DNA from: Eledone cirrhosa
Lineage: Eukaryota
Direction of reading: 5' to 3'
Assembly (NCBI GenBank): GCA_964016885.1
Contig: OZ024741.1
Span: forward strand, 315,642,001-315,706,000
DNA length: 64,000 nt
A program made the translations under genes and the position numbers. The notes under the pieces are model-generated. The model saw only the letters and a program-made list of their open reading frames with translations. It had not been told where the DNA came from and ran no database searches. Shown here in pieces: positions 41,481 through 57,431 of the stretch; position 1 is the first letter of the stretch, and each line of letters opens with the position of its first letter.

Positions 41481-42000
41481 GGAGATGTTTTTAACCAGGT
41501 TATTGGTGATGTTTCTAGGATGGTTAGAGCGGCGGTGGATGTAGTGAAGATTGTCGTTTGGTTTCCTGTATGGGTAGTACAGATCATTTTCGAGGTTGAG
41601 GGTAACGCCAGAAAATTGACTCGGGTTAGGGACGTTTGTCGGGTGATTTAAAATCCCCAGTCCCGAAAGAAGTTAATTAGTTGTTTACGGACCCGTCTAT
41701 ACTACTGGGGTTGTACCCTTTCAGGGTAAGGAACCCATCGTCTCGGTTCAATCCCCCACCGAATGCAGGAAACATTTCGGTGAGATTATGTAGTAGGAAT
41801 AATCCTATAAGATCGGTCACCTCGGCGAGTCGGTCACGGCCATACTGACGTCGAAGGGGGAGTCGGGAGCTCTCTTTATACACTTGGAGTTATCGAAAAG
41901 GAGGACTGTCTTCCTGGCGTAGAGAATGATGTTTCTCCATGTCAGGAAGACAGTCCTACACTTTCGGGCCACATCTGGGACCTCCAAGATAACAACATAA
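41480..42000 (-). pseudogene. PLE RT fragment, LYRDD-type
   Basis: RKTVLLFDNSK..FDVSM, AEVTDLIGLFLLHNLTEMFPAFGGGLNRDDGFL, and LDLYYPYRKPNDNLHYIH..SNHP. Confidence 0.8.
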
Positions 42001-42958
42001 CATACCACCTTACTTGGATCTTACTGTCCAGGGCTAACTCCTACACGGGAGGACGCCGTCCGTGTAACTTATGCTCGGGGGAAACATTACAAATGCTGTT
42101 TACGAAGGACCAACTACTAAACAAAAAAGACGAACTTGTAACGCATGTAAACACCGATTGCGTAGGACTTACCTCGCTCTCAAACCCCCTCATGACCCCT
42201 CATGACCCGGGTGCGTAGACAATGGCTGCAACATCCTTCTTTTCCCCACTTGCCGAACAAGATAGCGGATACCCCATAATACATAGGTAGATGTATTTCT
42301 TTTCTTTTTCTTTTTCTTTTTCTTTTTCTTTTTCTTTTTCTTTTTCTTTTTCTTTTTCTTTTTCTTTTTTTTTCTTTTTCTTTTTCTTTTTCTTTTTCTT
42401 TTTCTTTTTATTTTTCTTTTTATTTTATTCTTTCCTTTTTCTATTCTTATCACTTCCTTCCACTCCCTCTCCTCTTCCTTTTCCCTTTTCCTCTTTCGAC
42501 TACCCCAAGGCAGCCCATCGGGGTTCTGTAGCCTCAGTACCCTCACCCCAGTAAATTATATATAGTATTGGCCGAAAACGCAATACCAGCTAAAATTATA
42601 GCAACTGCTTTAAACTCTAGAGATTTTTTTTGTTAATATTACTATTGAATTTTATTATTTTTTTTTTTTTTTTTATTTATTAACTTTTAATCTCAATATA
42701 TTAACTATTTCTATAACGTCCCACTCTCTGTATCCTTTTTTCGCCTGCTTCCTAACTAGCCTAATTTCATACACACTCTTTAGAATTTGGTGTATAGAAT
42801 TCACTTTGAATGCTTGACCGGCTACATTCACTCTCGCACTGTTCTACAAGCAAGTTCAGCCACCCTACCCCCACCAAACGCCATGAAAGTTTTAATTGTG
42901 TTTACAAGAAATTTTGACCAATCCTTTTGACAACTATAATCTTCCCATATAAGGAATT

Positions 42959-43053
42959 ACCCCTTGAAAAGTTCGGCTATTTAATACCACACTAAAAATT
43001 CTAATTTAGTCCAGAAATAGCCGTCGAAACGGCTTGAGCTCTGCCGTCGGGGT
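42959..43053 (+). ncRNA. Type-I hammerhead, U3-A8 variant (complete form of family X)
   Basis: ACCCC TTGAAAA G.TCGGCTATTT..AAATAGCCGTC GAAA CGGC-ttgagctct-GCCG TC GGGGT. All three stems are present. Confidence 0.8.
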
Positions 43054-43065
43054 TAAACATTTTCC

Positions 43066-43129
<64 letters not shown>

Positions 43130-43276
43130 AAATGCATGTAATGTTATCTTTTTACACCACCATTTGCAAATTTTTACTTTAATTTTTATTTCATATTTTT
43201 ATATGTTTATACACACGATATGGCTTTTTATAATAATAGCACTAAACACTGTGTCTAATTAAACCAGAGTTTTCAG

Positions 43277-43391
<115 letters not shown>

Positions 43392-43491
43392 TGTGCATTG
43401 ATCATAATAAGAGGACTATAAATTATTATGTTTTATTATTTGTTCATATATTATATTAAATCACTACATTAGTTCTACCTTCTAGGGAAGA

Positions 43492-43710
43492 CCGAACTCT
43501 AATTATGATTATGTTATTATACAATATAAATATATTTGCACAAACTATATATAGAGTTATACCGAACTATAATTATGATTATGTTATTATACATTATAAA
43601 CATATTTGCACAAAACTATATACAGAGATATACCGAACTATAATTATGATTATGTTATACAATATAAACATATTTGCACAAACTACATATAGAGAGATAT
43701 ACTAATTATT
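43492..43710. repeat. Minisatellite, ~70-bp unit x3
   Basis: CCGAACT.TAATTATGATTATGTTAT..ATATTTGCACAAA recurs at about 43492, 43562 and 43633. Confidence 0.85.
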
Positions 43711-44902
43711 AATGAGACAGCATACATTTAGTAAAGGATAACGATTATAATCCTAGATAATAGATTCATACATGCATAACTATAAAATATATACATATAT
43801 AAAAAAATGTAAACGCATGAATGATCCACAGTTCAAAATAACGTCCGCAAAAATGTACTGGTTAGATATCTAAATTATATTTAAAACAGAGATAGAAAAA
43901 TAAAGGTCCGGATCAAAGTTAATAATATCCAAAAAGCCATAGGTTATGTAACATGCCAACATGTTATTAAAGAAGTGTCATTCATTCAAACGTTATTTCC
44001 ATTATAAATGATTAGAAGATAAAGCATTATTAAAGTTTTATAAGCCATTATGATTTATATTTTCAACAGTTGATGATGTACGTCTAATAACCAGGCTTGG
44101 TTGCTTACTGTTTTTTCCTGACCTTATGCGAGGCTTGGAATGTAGACAAAGCTTTATGAAGGCAGTTTTAGAATAATTCACTTTTTTTTGTTAATTAAGT
44201 TTTCGTAATTATTAATTATCAATAGGGTCTCCATTGTACAGAGAGCGCAGGTACTTGATATACTTGAGTTGCGATAAACTCCACTATTACAAAGTTTCGT
44301 CCAAAAGATGGAGTATTTTAAATTTTTGTCTTTTCTTTTAATGACCATATAAGCTGTGATAAAGAAGTCGATGATTTGCTATTAGAATTCGAAAATGAGC
44401 ATTTATGATTCGCAAATCTAGCCTTAAATGTAGAAGAAGTCGATCCTGTGTAGTTGTATGTGTTGTAATCAGTTTTTACGGTGCATTTATACACCAAATT
44501 ACTATCCAAACAATTATTTTGCAGAGGACAATCTGGTTTATTTGTACAATTTTTATTTATTATTATTTATGTTAACACTATTATTAAAATCATTATGCTG
44601 ATTCTGCTTTAGAATTTTACTGTTTATTTTAGCAATGTTTTGTGCCATATTCATAGTTGTAGAATAAGATAATTTAATAGTGTGTCTATTAAAAATGGAA
44701 TGGTATTTATGTTGACATGGGAAAGAGCTGGCCAAAGCTTTAAAGAATAGGTTTGCTATTGGTGTTCTTACTGCTACGGAAGCAGGGGAGGGGGGACATA
44801 TAACTGATTTAGTTGTAGTTATTTTCCTCGATTTGTTCACCGTATATGTGTTTGAATTATAATTATTAGAATTTCGTTTATATATGCCATTATTTTTATC
44901 AG

Positions 44903-44948
44903 TAATGTACTGGGTAATTGCTGGCCTTGTGCCAAAAGTAGAAACAAT
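44903..44948 (+). mobile_element. Short 3' end of SINE A inserted in the PLE ORF, with TSD
   Basis: TACTGGGTAATTGCTGGCCTTGTGCCAAAAGTAGAAACA flanked by ATTATTTTT(T)ATCAG on both sides. Confidence 0.75.
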
Positions 44949-46701
44949 TATTTTTATCAGGATTAAAACTTGGATTATTATTATCTACATATTCTATATT
45001 ATTCTCATAACCTGCTCTTTTTAGCGTTTCATTGTAGTATCCTGCATTTTCATCAAATATAATTCTTTATTAGCACATATTCTATTAATGCGTTTTTGCA
45101 CACTATTTACAATTGCTTTTTTTACTGACTTAGGGTGATTGAAGTAATAACTAACATAATTTAAGTTTTCATTGGGCTTATGAAAAGGGTAATAAAAGCC
45201 AGAGTTTAAGTTAAACGTAACATCAAGGAAATTAACTATTTTGGTACCACTTTCTACTTCTAACTTAAGGTCATACATTTTAAAGTATTCAATTATACTT
45301 TTCTTTACTCTATTTAGTTCAATATTGTTGTGTTTGACCACCGTAAATAAAATGTCGTCCCTATATAAACCACCGGTAATCTCCGGCAGTTTTCTATTTA
45401 TCATATTTAATATGAAAATCCCCAGAAGATCTGTGATTTGCGCTGAATCAGAGGCCCCCATGGTAATATCTAAGATTCTATTTCTATCTGAGCGGGTCCA
45501 ATACTCGTTGTTGAAGTTAATAAGAGTTCTTATAGCTGTTAGTATGATATCAATTTCATCCGTGGTTAGATCAATATGCTTATAAGCGTATGATAGAGCC
45601 TTAGTAGGTTGGGCGTTATGGAAAAATAGTAGCTTGTTATGTCCATCTGGATGAATTTATGGTTTTTCTTATCATCTATATTCTTATACCATTCTATGAC
45701 TTCATTTGTATCTTTCCACAAGCTCAATTTAGATCTCAATTTAAGAGCAGGTAGAAGTCTAATTTAGGTAGAATTTAAGAGATAGAATTTTAGGTAGAAT
45801 TTAAGAGCAGGTAGAATTCTAATTTATATATATGTATGTATTTTATAACATAATCATAATTAGAGTTCGGTCTTCCCTAGAAAGTAGAACTAATGTAGTG
45901 ATTTAATATAATATATGAACAAATAATAAAAAATAATAATTTATAGTCCTCTTATGATCAATGCACACATATATTTATATATTGCTGTAAACTCTGGTTT
46001 AATTATTATACTTTAGACACTATAACTATTTAACAATAAATTCCTTGATAGTTATAACAGTAAATACTTCATAAACTATACATACGGAAAAATGTTGACA
46101 CTGTTACATGTAATTTTGTTAAAGATTACCTTTGTGTGAATATTGAACAGTATATATTTTTCTCTTTCGCGGGCCTAGTAAATACTTTAAATTTGTTTTC
46201 ATAAAACTTTGAATTTTAGAAATTTAACACATTTATAAAATTTATAAAATTTATAAAATTAATACAAATAACCATCCAACTTTTAAAACCTAAAATTTTG
46301 ATTCGTTACCCTAAAATAACATAAATTAAATATTTTGAAATTTAACTGCCAAGGCTATACATGTTTATGTGTCCGACGAAAATTTGTGCATAAATTACTC
46401 CCCTTTATCTCTCCCTCTCTTTAATTATCTATCAGTTACATTTTCAAGCTAAAAACTAAAAAACTTATAACTCCAGATACGTCTTCCTCTATAGTCCTAC
46501 TGTAGTATTCCAGACTTTAAAAACTCTATAACTGTTACATTAAGGCAATGTTTTTCTTATTCACACCCTATCTATTGATTGTATTACGTTTTCGCATGTT
46601 CTCATTATTAGGGTATAAATATTGAGTTTTCTCATAAGTTAATCACTACCTTGATTAAATCTTAACCATCTAAGATGTCAGGGTATGTCATGTATCATTT
46701 T

Positions 46702-46767
46702 ATTTTATCTGATGAGGACTTACTGTTGAACCTGATTCAAGTACCTCTGAAATATGTATAATAAAAT
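46702..46767 (+). ncRNA. Type-I hammerhead-like motif
   Basis: ATTTTAT CTGATGA GG..TAC-TGTTGAA-cctga-TTCAA-GTA-CCTCT GAAA TATGTA TA ATAAAAT. Confidence 0.65.
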
Positions 46768-46807
46768 TTAATTGATCACAAGAATATCTATTTTGTTAAT
46801 ATTTGAA

Positions 46808-46878
<71 letters not shown>

Positions 46879-46969
46879 TAGAAGTTGTATTTAATTTGTT
46901 GGAAGTCCTCATAAACATAAATGTTTATAACTGATTTAGAGCACTCCACAGTTTACTGGAGTAAATATT

Positions 46970-47331
46970 CAATGATATTAAATAAATGGAAACTATATTT
47001 ATAAAACCATATTTATTTTATTATATATATTTCAAGGGCAACCAAGACAACATTGGTACGCTTTCATCAGATAAAATACAAAGTTTGTTTTATAAATAGA
47101 GACATGCGCATGAAAAAGAAACCTTATCGGTTGGAAATTATCGGTTGAAAACTACCCAGTGAATTTCCAACCGATAAGGTATCTTTTTCATGGGTACGTC
47201 TCTATTTATAAAACAAACTTTGTATTTTATCTGATGAAAGCGTACCAATGTTGTCTTGGTTGCCCTTGAAATATATATAATAAAATAAATATGGTTTTAT
47301 AAATATAGTTTCCATTTATTTAATATCATTG
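46970..47331. repeat. Near-perfect ~360-bp palindrome with a hammerhead in each arm (47014-47078 minus, 47223-47287 plus)
   Basis: Arms of about 165 bp. TATTTTAT CTGATGA AAG..ACCAA..TTGGT..CTT GAAA TATATA TA ATAAAATA. Confidence 0.85.
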
Positions 47332-47339
47332 TATATATA

Positions 47340-47468
<129 letters not shown>

Positions 47469-47590
47469 ATATATATATATATGTGTGTATGTATGTATGT
47501 ATATATATATATATAACAAGATAAGCAGAACAAGTAAAATTCAACCAATTTTTCAAAATAAATCAAAATTAATATACAATTAAAATTAAT

Positions 47591-47693
<103 letters not shown>

Positions 47694-48182
47694 CATATAT
47701 TTTTATGTGTATATTTATATATCTGTATATGTGTATATCTATATATGTTTATATATATATATATGTATATATAAGTACATATGTATATATATGTGTGTGT
47801 GTGTGTGTGTGTGAATGTAGCGAATATAATACGTTAGGAATGAGGTGTTCGTCCGAATGTCGTTATGCAGACAGCCAGACATACAGATAGATATTATAAG
47901 GGCTCGACGGCGATCGATAACCGGCGCCTAACACCCCTTTAACAACAGAAAATTGAAAAATAAAAGCGGCAGTTAGTATCTTTACACCGCAAGGAATATA
48001 TAAATGCAAGTGTGAAGTCAATCGGAGTAGAAATGTGGATTTGTATAGACTTTGCAAAAATGAGGACACACACACAGACAACATCAGTTATATATATATA
48101 TATATAATCAAGGTTTAGCAAATAATGAAAAAGTTTCAAAATAAAATTTTAAAAATTGACTTTACCTACTATAGTTACCTTT

Positions 48183-48260
48183 ACCGAATCGGTTTCGAAT
48201 CTCAAAAATAAACGGAGACCATACGGCCTTCGTTGCAAAGACAGATTCTCGTCAGAAGGT
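48183..48260 (-). ncRNA. Type-I hammerhead-like motif with extended stem II
   Basis: Minus: ACCTT CTGACGA GAATCT..(~40 nt)..AGATTC GAAA CCGAT TC GGT. Stems I and III are imperfect. Confidence 0.55.
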
Positions 48261-48596
48261 TCTTTTCATTCGAAGAATATAAAATTCTTGAATTTAAATT
48301 ACGAACTAGCGCTATCCAAACTCTTCCCGAGATGAGAGTAAATGAAGTGGAATCAATTTTTTCAAGGGCCGAAGTAAAGATAGAGGCAGAGGGAGGTAGG
48401 TCAATCGGCCACCACTATCACTAGCAGCAGTCGGAACGACCAAATTTTTTCTCAACGTAGAGGAGGAGTGTAATAATAGGATATGTGTTCCTACACGCAC
48501 AAGGCGCTAAGGGACACATGTATTGTCCAACCATATGCCAATGTGGTTCAATGGCAGGTTAATAAATTAACGAGCCAGAACATATATATATATATA

Positions 48597-51245
48597 CCCT
48601 CAGGCAGCTCCGTAACCCTCTCTTCTACCGCCCTCTACCCTCCGACCCCACACCCCTCTACCAACAACAAGTTTCCTCCACCATCAATCACCTTGTCTCC
48701 TCCTCCCTCCTCCCTCCCACCGCTTCCCACCTCATCGGTGCACCCTCCGCACTCCTACTATCTACTTCCTCCCCAAAGTCCAGAAATCCGACAACCCCGG
48801 CCGCCCCATCGTCTCCGCTTGCAACTGCCCCACCGAACTCATCTCCGCCTTTCTTGACACCATCCTCGCTCCCCTTGTCACCATCCTCCCCTCCCACATC
48901 TCCGACACCAACTACGCCCTTCGCCTGTTCGATTCCTTCCCTTTCCCACCCGGCCCACACACCTCCTCTTCACCCTAGATATCAAGTCGTTTTGTACTGT
49001 CATCCCCCACGCCGACGGCCTACGTTCCCTCAGACACTACCTTGACCTTCGCCCCTACCCCATCCCCTCCACCCCCACCCTCCTTCGCCTCGCCGAGCTG
49101 GTCCTCACCCTCAACTGCTTCTCCTTCTCGGGTGAGTTTTAGCAACAGGTCACGGGGGTAGCCATGGGCACACCGAGAACAGCTCGACTCCTTTCTCTCC
49201 TTCTTCTGCTCCTTCCACTCCTCCCTCCACTTCACCACCTCTATCTCCACCACCAACGTCCACTTCTTAGACATGTCCGTTGCCATCTACCCCTCCCACC
49301 GCTCCCTCGTCACGTCTGCTTTCTTCAAACTCACCTCGATTTCACCTCCTCCCAACTTACACACACAAAACACTCTATTCCCTACTCCCAACTCCTCCAG
49401 ATCAGCCGCTTCTGCAGCCGAGATGCTGACTTTGAGTCTCAGGCCCTTTACTTAGTCACCCATTTCATCTGCAGATGTTACCCCCTCCCTCGTCCACACC
49501 ACCTTCACTCGCGCCTCTGCTGTCCACCGCTCCACCAACATCACCCCATGCCACCGCACATTTTCCCCATCACCTACAACCCCTCCACCGCACCATCCTC
49601 CGCCTCTTCCGACGCCTTTAGTCCGACCCCCTCCACCTCCCACAACTTCCACCTCCCCTCCTTCAAACGCGCACGCAATCTCCGCACCTTCCTCGTCCGC
49701 AGCTCCCTACCCCCAACGCACGCTCTTCTTTCCACCCCGGTTCCCTTCCCTGCTCCAGGCCTCGTTACCACATAGCCCCCCACATCACCAACAACACCAC
49801 CTTCCAGGGTCCCAATAGCCATTCTCTCTCTGTCCGGCACGCCTTCCGCTGCTCCTCCTCCAACTAGTATATCGACTTCGCTGCACGGAGTGCAGCACAA
49901 CCTACGTCGGACAGACTGGACGACGCCTGGCGGACCGTTTCAATGAACACCTCCGGGATATTCGTCTCGGCGGGAGTTCCCCCATCGCCCTCAACTTTGG
50001 CTCACCTGGACATTCCGCCCACCACCTCACAGTCTGTGGCCTACTCCAATGCCATGGAACACCCGCCACCCGCCTCACGGTCGAACGACCCACCATCTTC
50101 ACCCTACGGACCCCTCTCCCCCGGCCTGAACTCCCCACCCCTATTCCTTTAGCCCTCGACCCCCCCCCACACACACATATCCCCCACTAACACCACTAAC
50201 ACACGCCTCCTTTTCACCGCCAACCCCCTTGGCCCACCCCACAACTAACAATACTAACACCCCCACCCGACCACGGCCACCCTCCCCCAACTAACAATAC
50301 TAACGTCCCCCACCCCTCCTCCTATCACGCACACACCCCCACCTGTACATATATATACACTCACTCACACTATCCACACACCCTACTACCACCAGTAAGC
50401 CCCCCCCACTCCACCCCCCCCCCCAACTAACACCACTAACATCCCCCCGACCCCACGCACACGAACACACACCTTCCTACGCACACCCACCCACACCCAC
50501 ATACACCACCCACTCTAGACACCCAACCAACACTAACCCCCACTAACACACCTGCTTTCAACCCTTTCCCTACCACCAGTATATTAACACCCACTAACAC
50601 ACCCTTTTACCACAGACACACTCATCCAAACACGCACGCACACATCAGCACACTACACTCCCTCCACCGTCCCCACACCTTTTCTCTCCCTCTCTCCGAT
50701 CCACCCACACCCCTTCACACACACACACATCCCACTAACACCTCTACTAATACACACCCCATCCCCGCACATGACGCCCTCCTTATACCACATTTCACAC
50801 CTACCCATCCTCTCCCCTGTCCACCGCACCGCCGCACACACAGACACACAGTCCTCACCACACTGACTTTCTCCACCTGTCATTCTCCTCTACTGCTATG
50901 CCTTCATCCTGCCTTGACCCTCTTACCACTTCTCCGCACACACAGACACACAGTCATCACCACACACTGACTTTCTCCACCTGTCATTCTTCTCTACTGC
51001 TATGCCTTTGTCCTGCCTTGACCCCCTGACCACTTCCTCTTGCGCGCGCACCCCACATCTCCCCACTTCCGACCACCACAACCAACGGATTACACACCAT
51101 CTGGCATCGTTCCAGCTATCCACTCCATAACATAAAAAATATCCGGCACCCCTTCGCACTCTCTACGGAACTACCTTAGGAACTTACCCACGGACATACA
51201 CTCAGAATTTTTTTTCGAACCACGCCACCTACATCAACACCACAT
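48597..51245 (+). mobile_element. C-rich Penelope-like element (Neptune-like), decayed copy
   Basis: Collinear with 60900-63570, but with a deletion across the YIDD region near 49170 and many frameshifts. YVGQTGRRLADRFNEH at about 49900. Confidence 0.88.
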
Positions 51246-54200
51246 ATAAACATCTGTTGTATGTTACTATTGTTGTTGTGTGTTGTTGTTGTTATCGTTG
51301 TTTGTGTCTGTGTGTCTGTTATTGTTGGGATGTGTGTGTGTGTATGTTGTTACGTTTTTGTTTTTGTTGTTGTTGTTTTTGAGGCTCCAACGTAATTTTG
51401 TAAATGATTTTTCTATTTCTGACAAGCATCTTATCATATTTACCTTATTATATGTGGCATATTTAGGTGGGAGCTGTAATATGGATAGTTCGTCAGGGTC
51501 TACTGTAGTGTTGCCGTATATATTTGTGTTGTTGTTGTTGAATTCATCCGTTAATGGCCATGTTTATACCTTCAATCCTATCTGGATATTTATCTCTATT
51601 CTCTGAAGTTTCTTGGTTTAGTTTCATCTGTTTGAGCCACTTTAATTTCTTGTTAAAGTGTTTGTTGCATTCTTGGAATATGTAATTTTCTTCCTCACGT
51701 ATAATGTTTAAATATTGTAATTTTTCTCTTGGTGTGGTGATCTTAGTTATTTCTTGTATTAGGTTACGCTTATGATTTTCTTGATGACTTAATTCTCTGT
51801 AAATCTTTTTTATGTTTAGAATTAGTGTTCCTTTTAGCCTATATGCTTGTTTTTTGATAAGTTGTAATCTTCTTACGTCGGTGTTGATGGTGTTGGTGTA
51901 AACTCGGGATGAGGCACATTATTTTATGAAGTGTAGTTGTCGAGATGTTATTGTTTCTAGAAACAACACAACTAACAATAACAACAGCAATAGTACACAT
52001 AAAGCAGCAGCCTGGAATTCTACTTTTTATAATCCTTCCGATATGTCCTTCGACCTGCGACGAGTCCACGCCACGACTTTAGCTTTTAACAAACGCACCC
52101 AATTTCCGTCACAGGTCGATGAACAAACAGAAGCACAATTTAGTATAGCTAGATCTAAACTTAGAAATATTATAGAACAGTATAGCAAGTAGCAAAATAG
52201 AATGGAGGCCCAGCAACTGGGAGAAAAATCTGTGAATGGCTTGCGTAAGCTCATGCAACCCTCGCGAAATGGAGAGATTGTATGCTTTCTAACAGACAAG
52301 TCTGGCAGAATGTCGGTTGACAGTCTGTCAAACTATACCCAGACAATGCAACCCCACATCAATAACACAAGAGAAGTAACACCACAAGAGCATGAGGATA
52401 GGGAGAAAACCCTCAATGCTCATATGATGATGTGGACAAACGTAATGCAGCCCAATAAACGGACTGCCAACAACTTCCAGGCCTGGAACAATGACGTACC
52501 AGCGTTGTATGGGCTTCGAAAAGACCATAAGACGAACCCAGTCACAGGACCACTAACACGGCCAGTCTGTGGAGCTAACATTGCTACTAACTACAGACTT
52601 TCCTACTTTCTCTCCCTGATCATACGCCCAATCATTGAAATGTCCCCGGATATATGTAACAGCACGGAGGACCTCCTCAGCAGAATCAGCGAAAATAACC
52701 GATCTAGGGACCTAACAGACTGTATAATAGGTAGTATGGATGTTGTGTCCCTATATCTATCCGTTGACGTGGATTTTGCTGTGGAGAAATGCGTAGAAAT
52801 GATCAGTGAGAGCAATGTTGAATTCCATGGGATTAATACCAGTGAGCTGGGACTCCTACTTAAACTTGCTTATAGTAATGATTATCTAGATACGTATGAT
52901 CTTAGCAACCTTGGCGCCACAAGACCAGCAAGAGGCAGACCACCTACCATTACCTCAATGGCCAAGAAAACCCACACAGAAAGATGGAACGAGTGGACCA
53001 GAGCCATACGGACCCCCGAAAACCACGATGAACTAAAGAAAATGATTACACATGCGGTGGGGGCCAGTATAAAACTAAACCTTAAGGAACATATGTTCAA
53101 ATTTACTGGAAAAACATATGCCCAAGAAGAGGGAGCAGCCATTGGTGTTAGCATTGCAGGTGAGATAGCTAACCTATTCATGGTATAATGGGACAATAAA
53201 CTTAAAGAGCAATTAGAAGACAGCAACCTCTTAACCCTGGTAATGTACTCTCGCTACTTTGATGATATAAACATCGTAGTAAAAACACCCCCACTAGAGA
53301 ACAGTCAGGAATTAGAGAAAAACACAATGGAAAGCATTCAGCGAATAGCTAACTCCATCCACTAGAGTATTGGAGTTACTATAGACTACCCAAGAAAACA
53401 CCCCAACCATCGATTACCTGTACTAGACACAGAGCTCTGGTTAGAAACCATTAATAACAAAAAACAAATCCTCCATTCCCATTATGCCAAACCCATGACT
53501 TCCAAATATCTGATCCATCGAAACTCAGCTGTTTCGGATCACACCAAAATCAACATACTGATTGCGGATTTAGTACGGGTGATGAGAAACACATAAAACA
53601 GAGAGACACATACAACACTTCATCCACCGTATGCAGTTCTCTGGTTACAATCAGAGAGATAAAATCAGAGTATATAGAGGAGCCAGAATCAAATGGGAAA
53701 AAATGGGAAATAATGATACAAATGGGACCTGCCCCTTGTATAGGAGCAAATTTTGAAATAGAATAGAAAGAACTAGGAATAAGGTTAAGAGAATAAGCTC
53801 ATGTTATGATAGCAATAAATACCAGAGTGTAATGTTCATTAATACAACCCCTAGAGGTGAATTAGCTTACAGATTTAGAAGGGCCCTAGATAAACTTAAA
53901 CTTAATATTAAGATAGTAGAAAGACCAGGTACCTCCATAAAAACACTTATTAGTAATACATACCCTTTTCAAAGACACCCCTTGTATAGATAAGAAATGC
54001 ATAATCTGTAAACTAAGCCCCCATATTAACTGTTAAACTAGAAACATAGTATATAGCATAATATGTAAGGATAATAATATAGTGTACATAGGTGAGACAG
54101 CTCGTAGTATAGGAGAACGGTTAAATGAACACTGGCGAGAGCTTCAAGATAGAAAAGAATCATCAACACTCCACCAACATGCTAATATCGAACATAAGAG

Positions 54201-54700
54201 CAAATTAGAGAACATAGAAATAAAAATAGAATCTACACACAGAAAAGACGCAATGTTTAGACAAATCACAGAGGCAATAAACATAAATGAACTCCAGCCA
54301 AAATTAAATAGAAAACATGACAACTTACAATTAAGGACAAAATGAAAACACACACACATAGAACAAACAACCAACCAGTAACATGTAAATAAACAAATAA
54401 ATAAACAAATAAAAACACACACAGACACCCGGATGTAACACATGCGCAAACTGAGGACACAACACACACAAAAACAAGATGGCGTAGGACAGAACCAAGG
54501 AGAGGCACAAAACAAAGAAAATAATCCCCAGTCACTGAAGAGGTCACAGAATGTGTGACGAAAGAACTTTGACAAAACATGAACAACCGTGCGGTTGTGG
54601 AACCAACCAACCAACCGGAAACTTATAAAAAACATTTTTATAAAAAATAAAATTTTTTTTTTTATTTATAATAAATTGGAGTGAAAGCAACTGGTGCGTG
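51245..54700 (+). mobile_element. Penelope-like element, third family (RT + Cys linker + GIY-YIG), with its 5' part inverted
   Basis: TDKSGR, LYGLRKDHK, RPVCGA, IGSMDVVSLY, GAAIG, YSRYFDDI, LPVLDTELW, VMFINTTPRGEL and YIGETARSIGERLNEH. A few stops and frameshifts. 51245-51935 encodes an N-terminal-like region on the minus strand. Confidence 0.9.
54531..54573 (+). ncRNA. Hammerhead in the 3' pLTR of the 52-54.7 kb PLE (second copy at 60664-60709)
   Basis: GTCA CTGAAGA G-GTCAC-agaatgt-GTGAC GAAA GAAC TT TGAC. Confidence 0.7.
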
Positions 54701-54797
54701 TGTTTCTTATTGGCAACATGACCCTCCCAAAGTATAACAGTATCGGTTTCAACAGACGTTTTCAGATAAAGAATCTTGCTAAACAAATTCAGAAACG

Positions 54798-54850
<53 letters not shown>

Positions 54851-55210
54851 TAAAAGGAAAAGAAAATGCTGACAAATTTTTCCCAGTGGAAAATAGTTTA
54901 ATTAGGAATAAGTAAAAATTAGTAATAAGTATTGGTTAGTATTCAGTTTTAGTTTTAAATGTTTACCGGTTGTGCATTTCTAATGCTTTTCAAAAATAAT
55001 TTTTAAATAGAACGCCCGTGATGTTTGCTCTAATCTGATCAGTTTTGGAAATTCTACCTGTTTTATGTGAAAAAAGTGGATCCAGATGTATTAAGATTTG
55101 GTTGGTTGTTGAATGTCACGTGAATGAGTACTATAAGTTTCGCGCCAATTCGTGTTGCAAAAATTCTTGTAGTCAAAACAATTTTGTTTTGACTACAAGA
55201 ATTTTATATT

Positions 55211-56872
<1,662 letters not shown>

Positions 56873-56934
56873 ATATATATATATATATATATAAGAGAGT
56901 ATTGAAGTTTGCTTGAAGCATTGTGGAATAATAA

Positions 56935-57323
56935 GGTAAATTTCTTTAAGTCGTTTGGAAGCCTCGACAATGCAGATGGGTAAATCTCCGGGTAACAAGA
57001 TCCGGTGGGGTTTTTTCCGGGGGGGGGGGGAGGTTGTCTGTCAGAAAGGTGCGAAACGTGTCCTCTGCTGTTCGTTGATGGATGCAAATCCGAGATATAT
57101 AGGGACAATTAAATCTCTCCCAAGGTAACTCTTTCTCGTCTTGTTATTTTTATTTTTATCCTTTACGCTCTTTGCTTCATTCCTCTACACGTTACAGTCT
57201 TATACACGCTACGCATCTTAACGTACACCCACTTACATCTCTCTCTCCACCACCGAATCTTGTTACCCGGAGATTTAACCATCTGCATTGTCGAGGCTTC
57301 GAAACGACTTAAAGAAATTTACC
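56935..57323. repeat. Element with ~75-bp terminal inverted repeats (MITE or inverted pLTR)
   Basis: GGTAAATTTCTTTAAGTCGTTT..GGGTAACAAGAT.CGGTGG versus its reverse complement at 57250-57323. Confidence 0.8.

Positions 57324-57431
<108 letters not shown>

Noticed and set aside
42495-42545. Hammerhead-like CTGAGG-CTAC..GTAGTC-GAAA on the minus strand; similar weak motifs at 43240-43280 and 54738-54770
   Set aside because: The core is incomplete or the stems are missing, so there is not enough to call.
52190-53990. In-frame stops as selenocysteine or readthrough recoding
   Set aside because: The stops are mixed TAG/TAA/TGA and come with frameshifts. No SECIS was recognised, so ordinary decay explains them.
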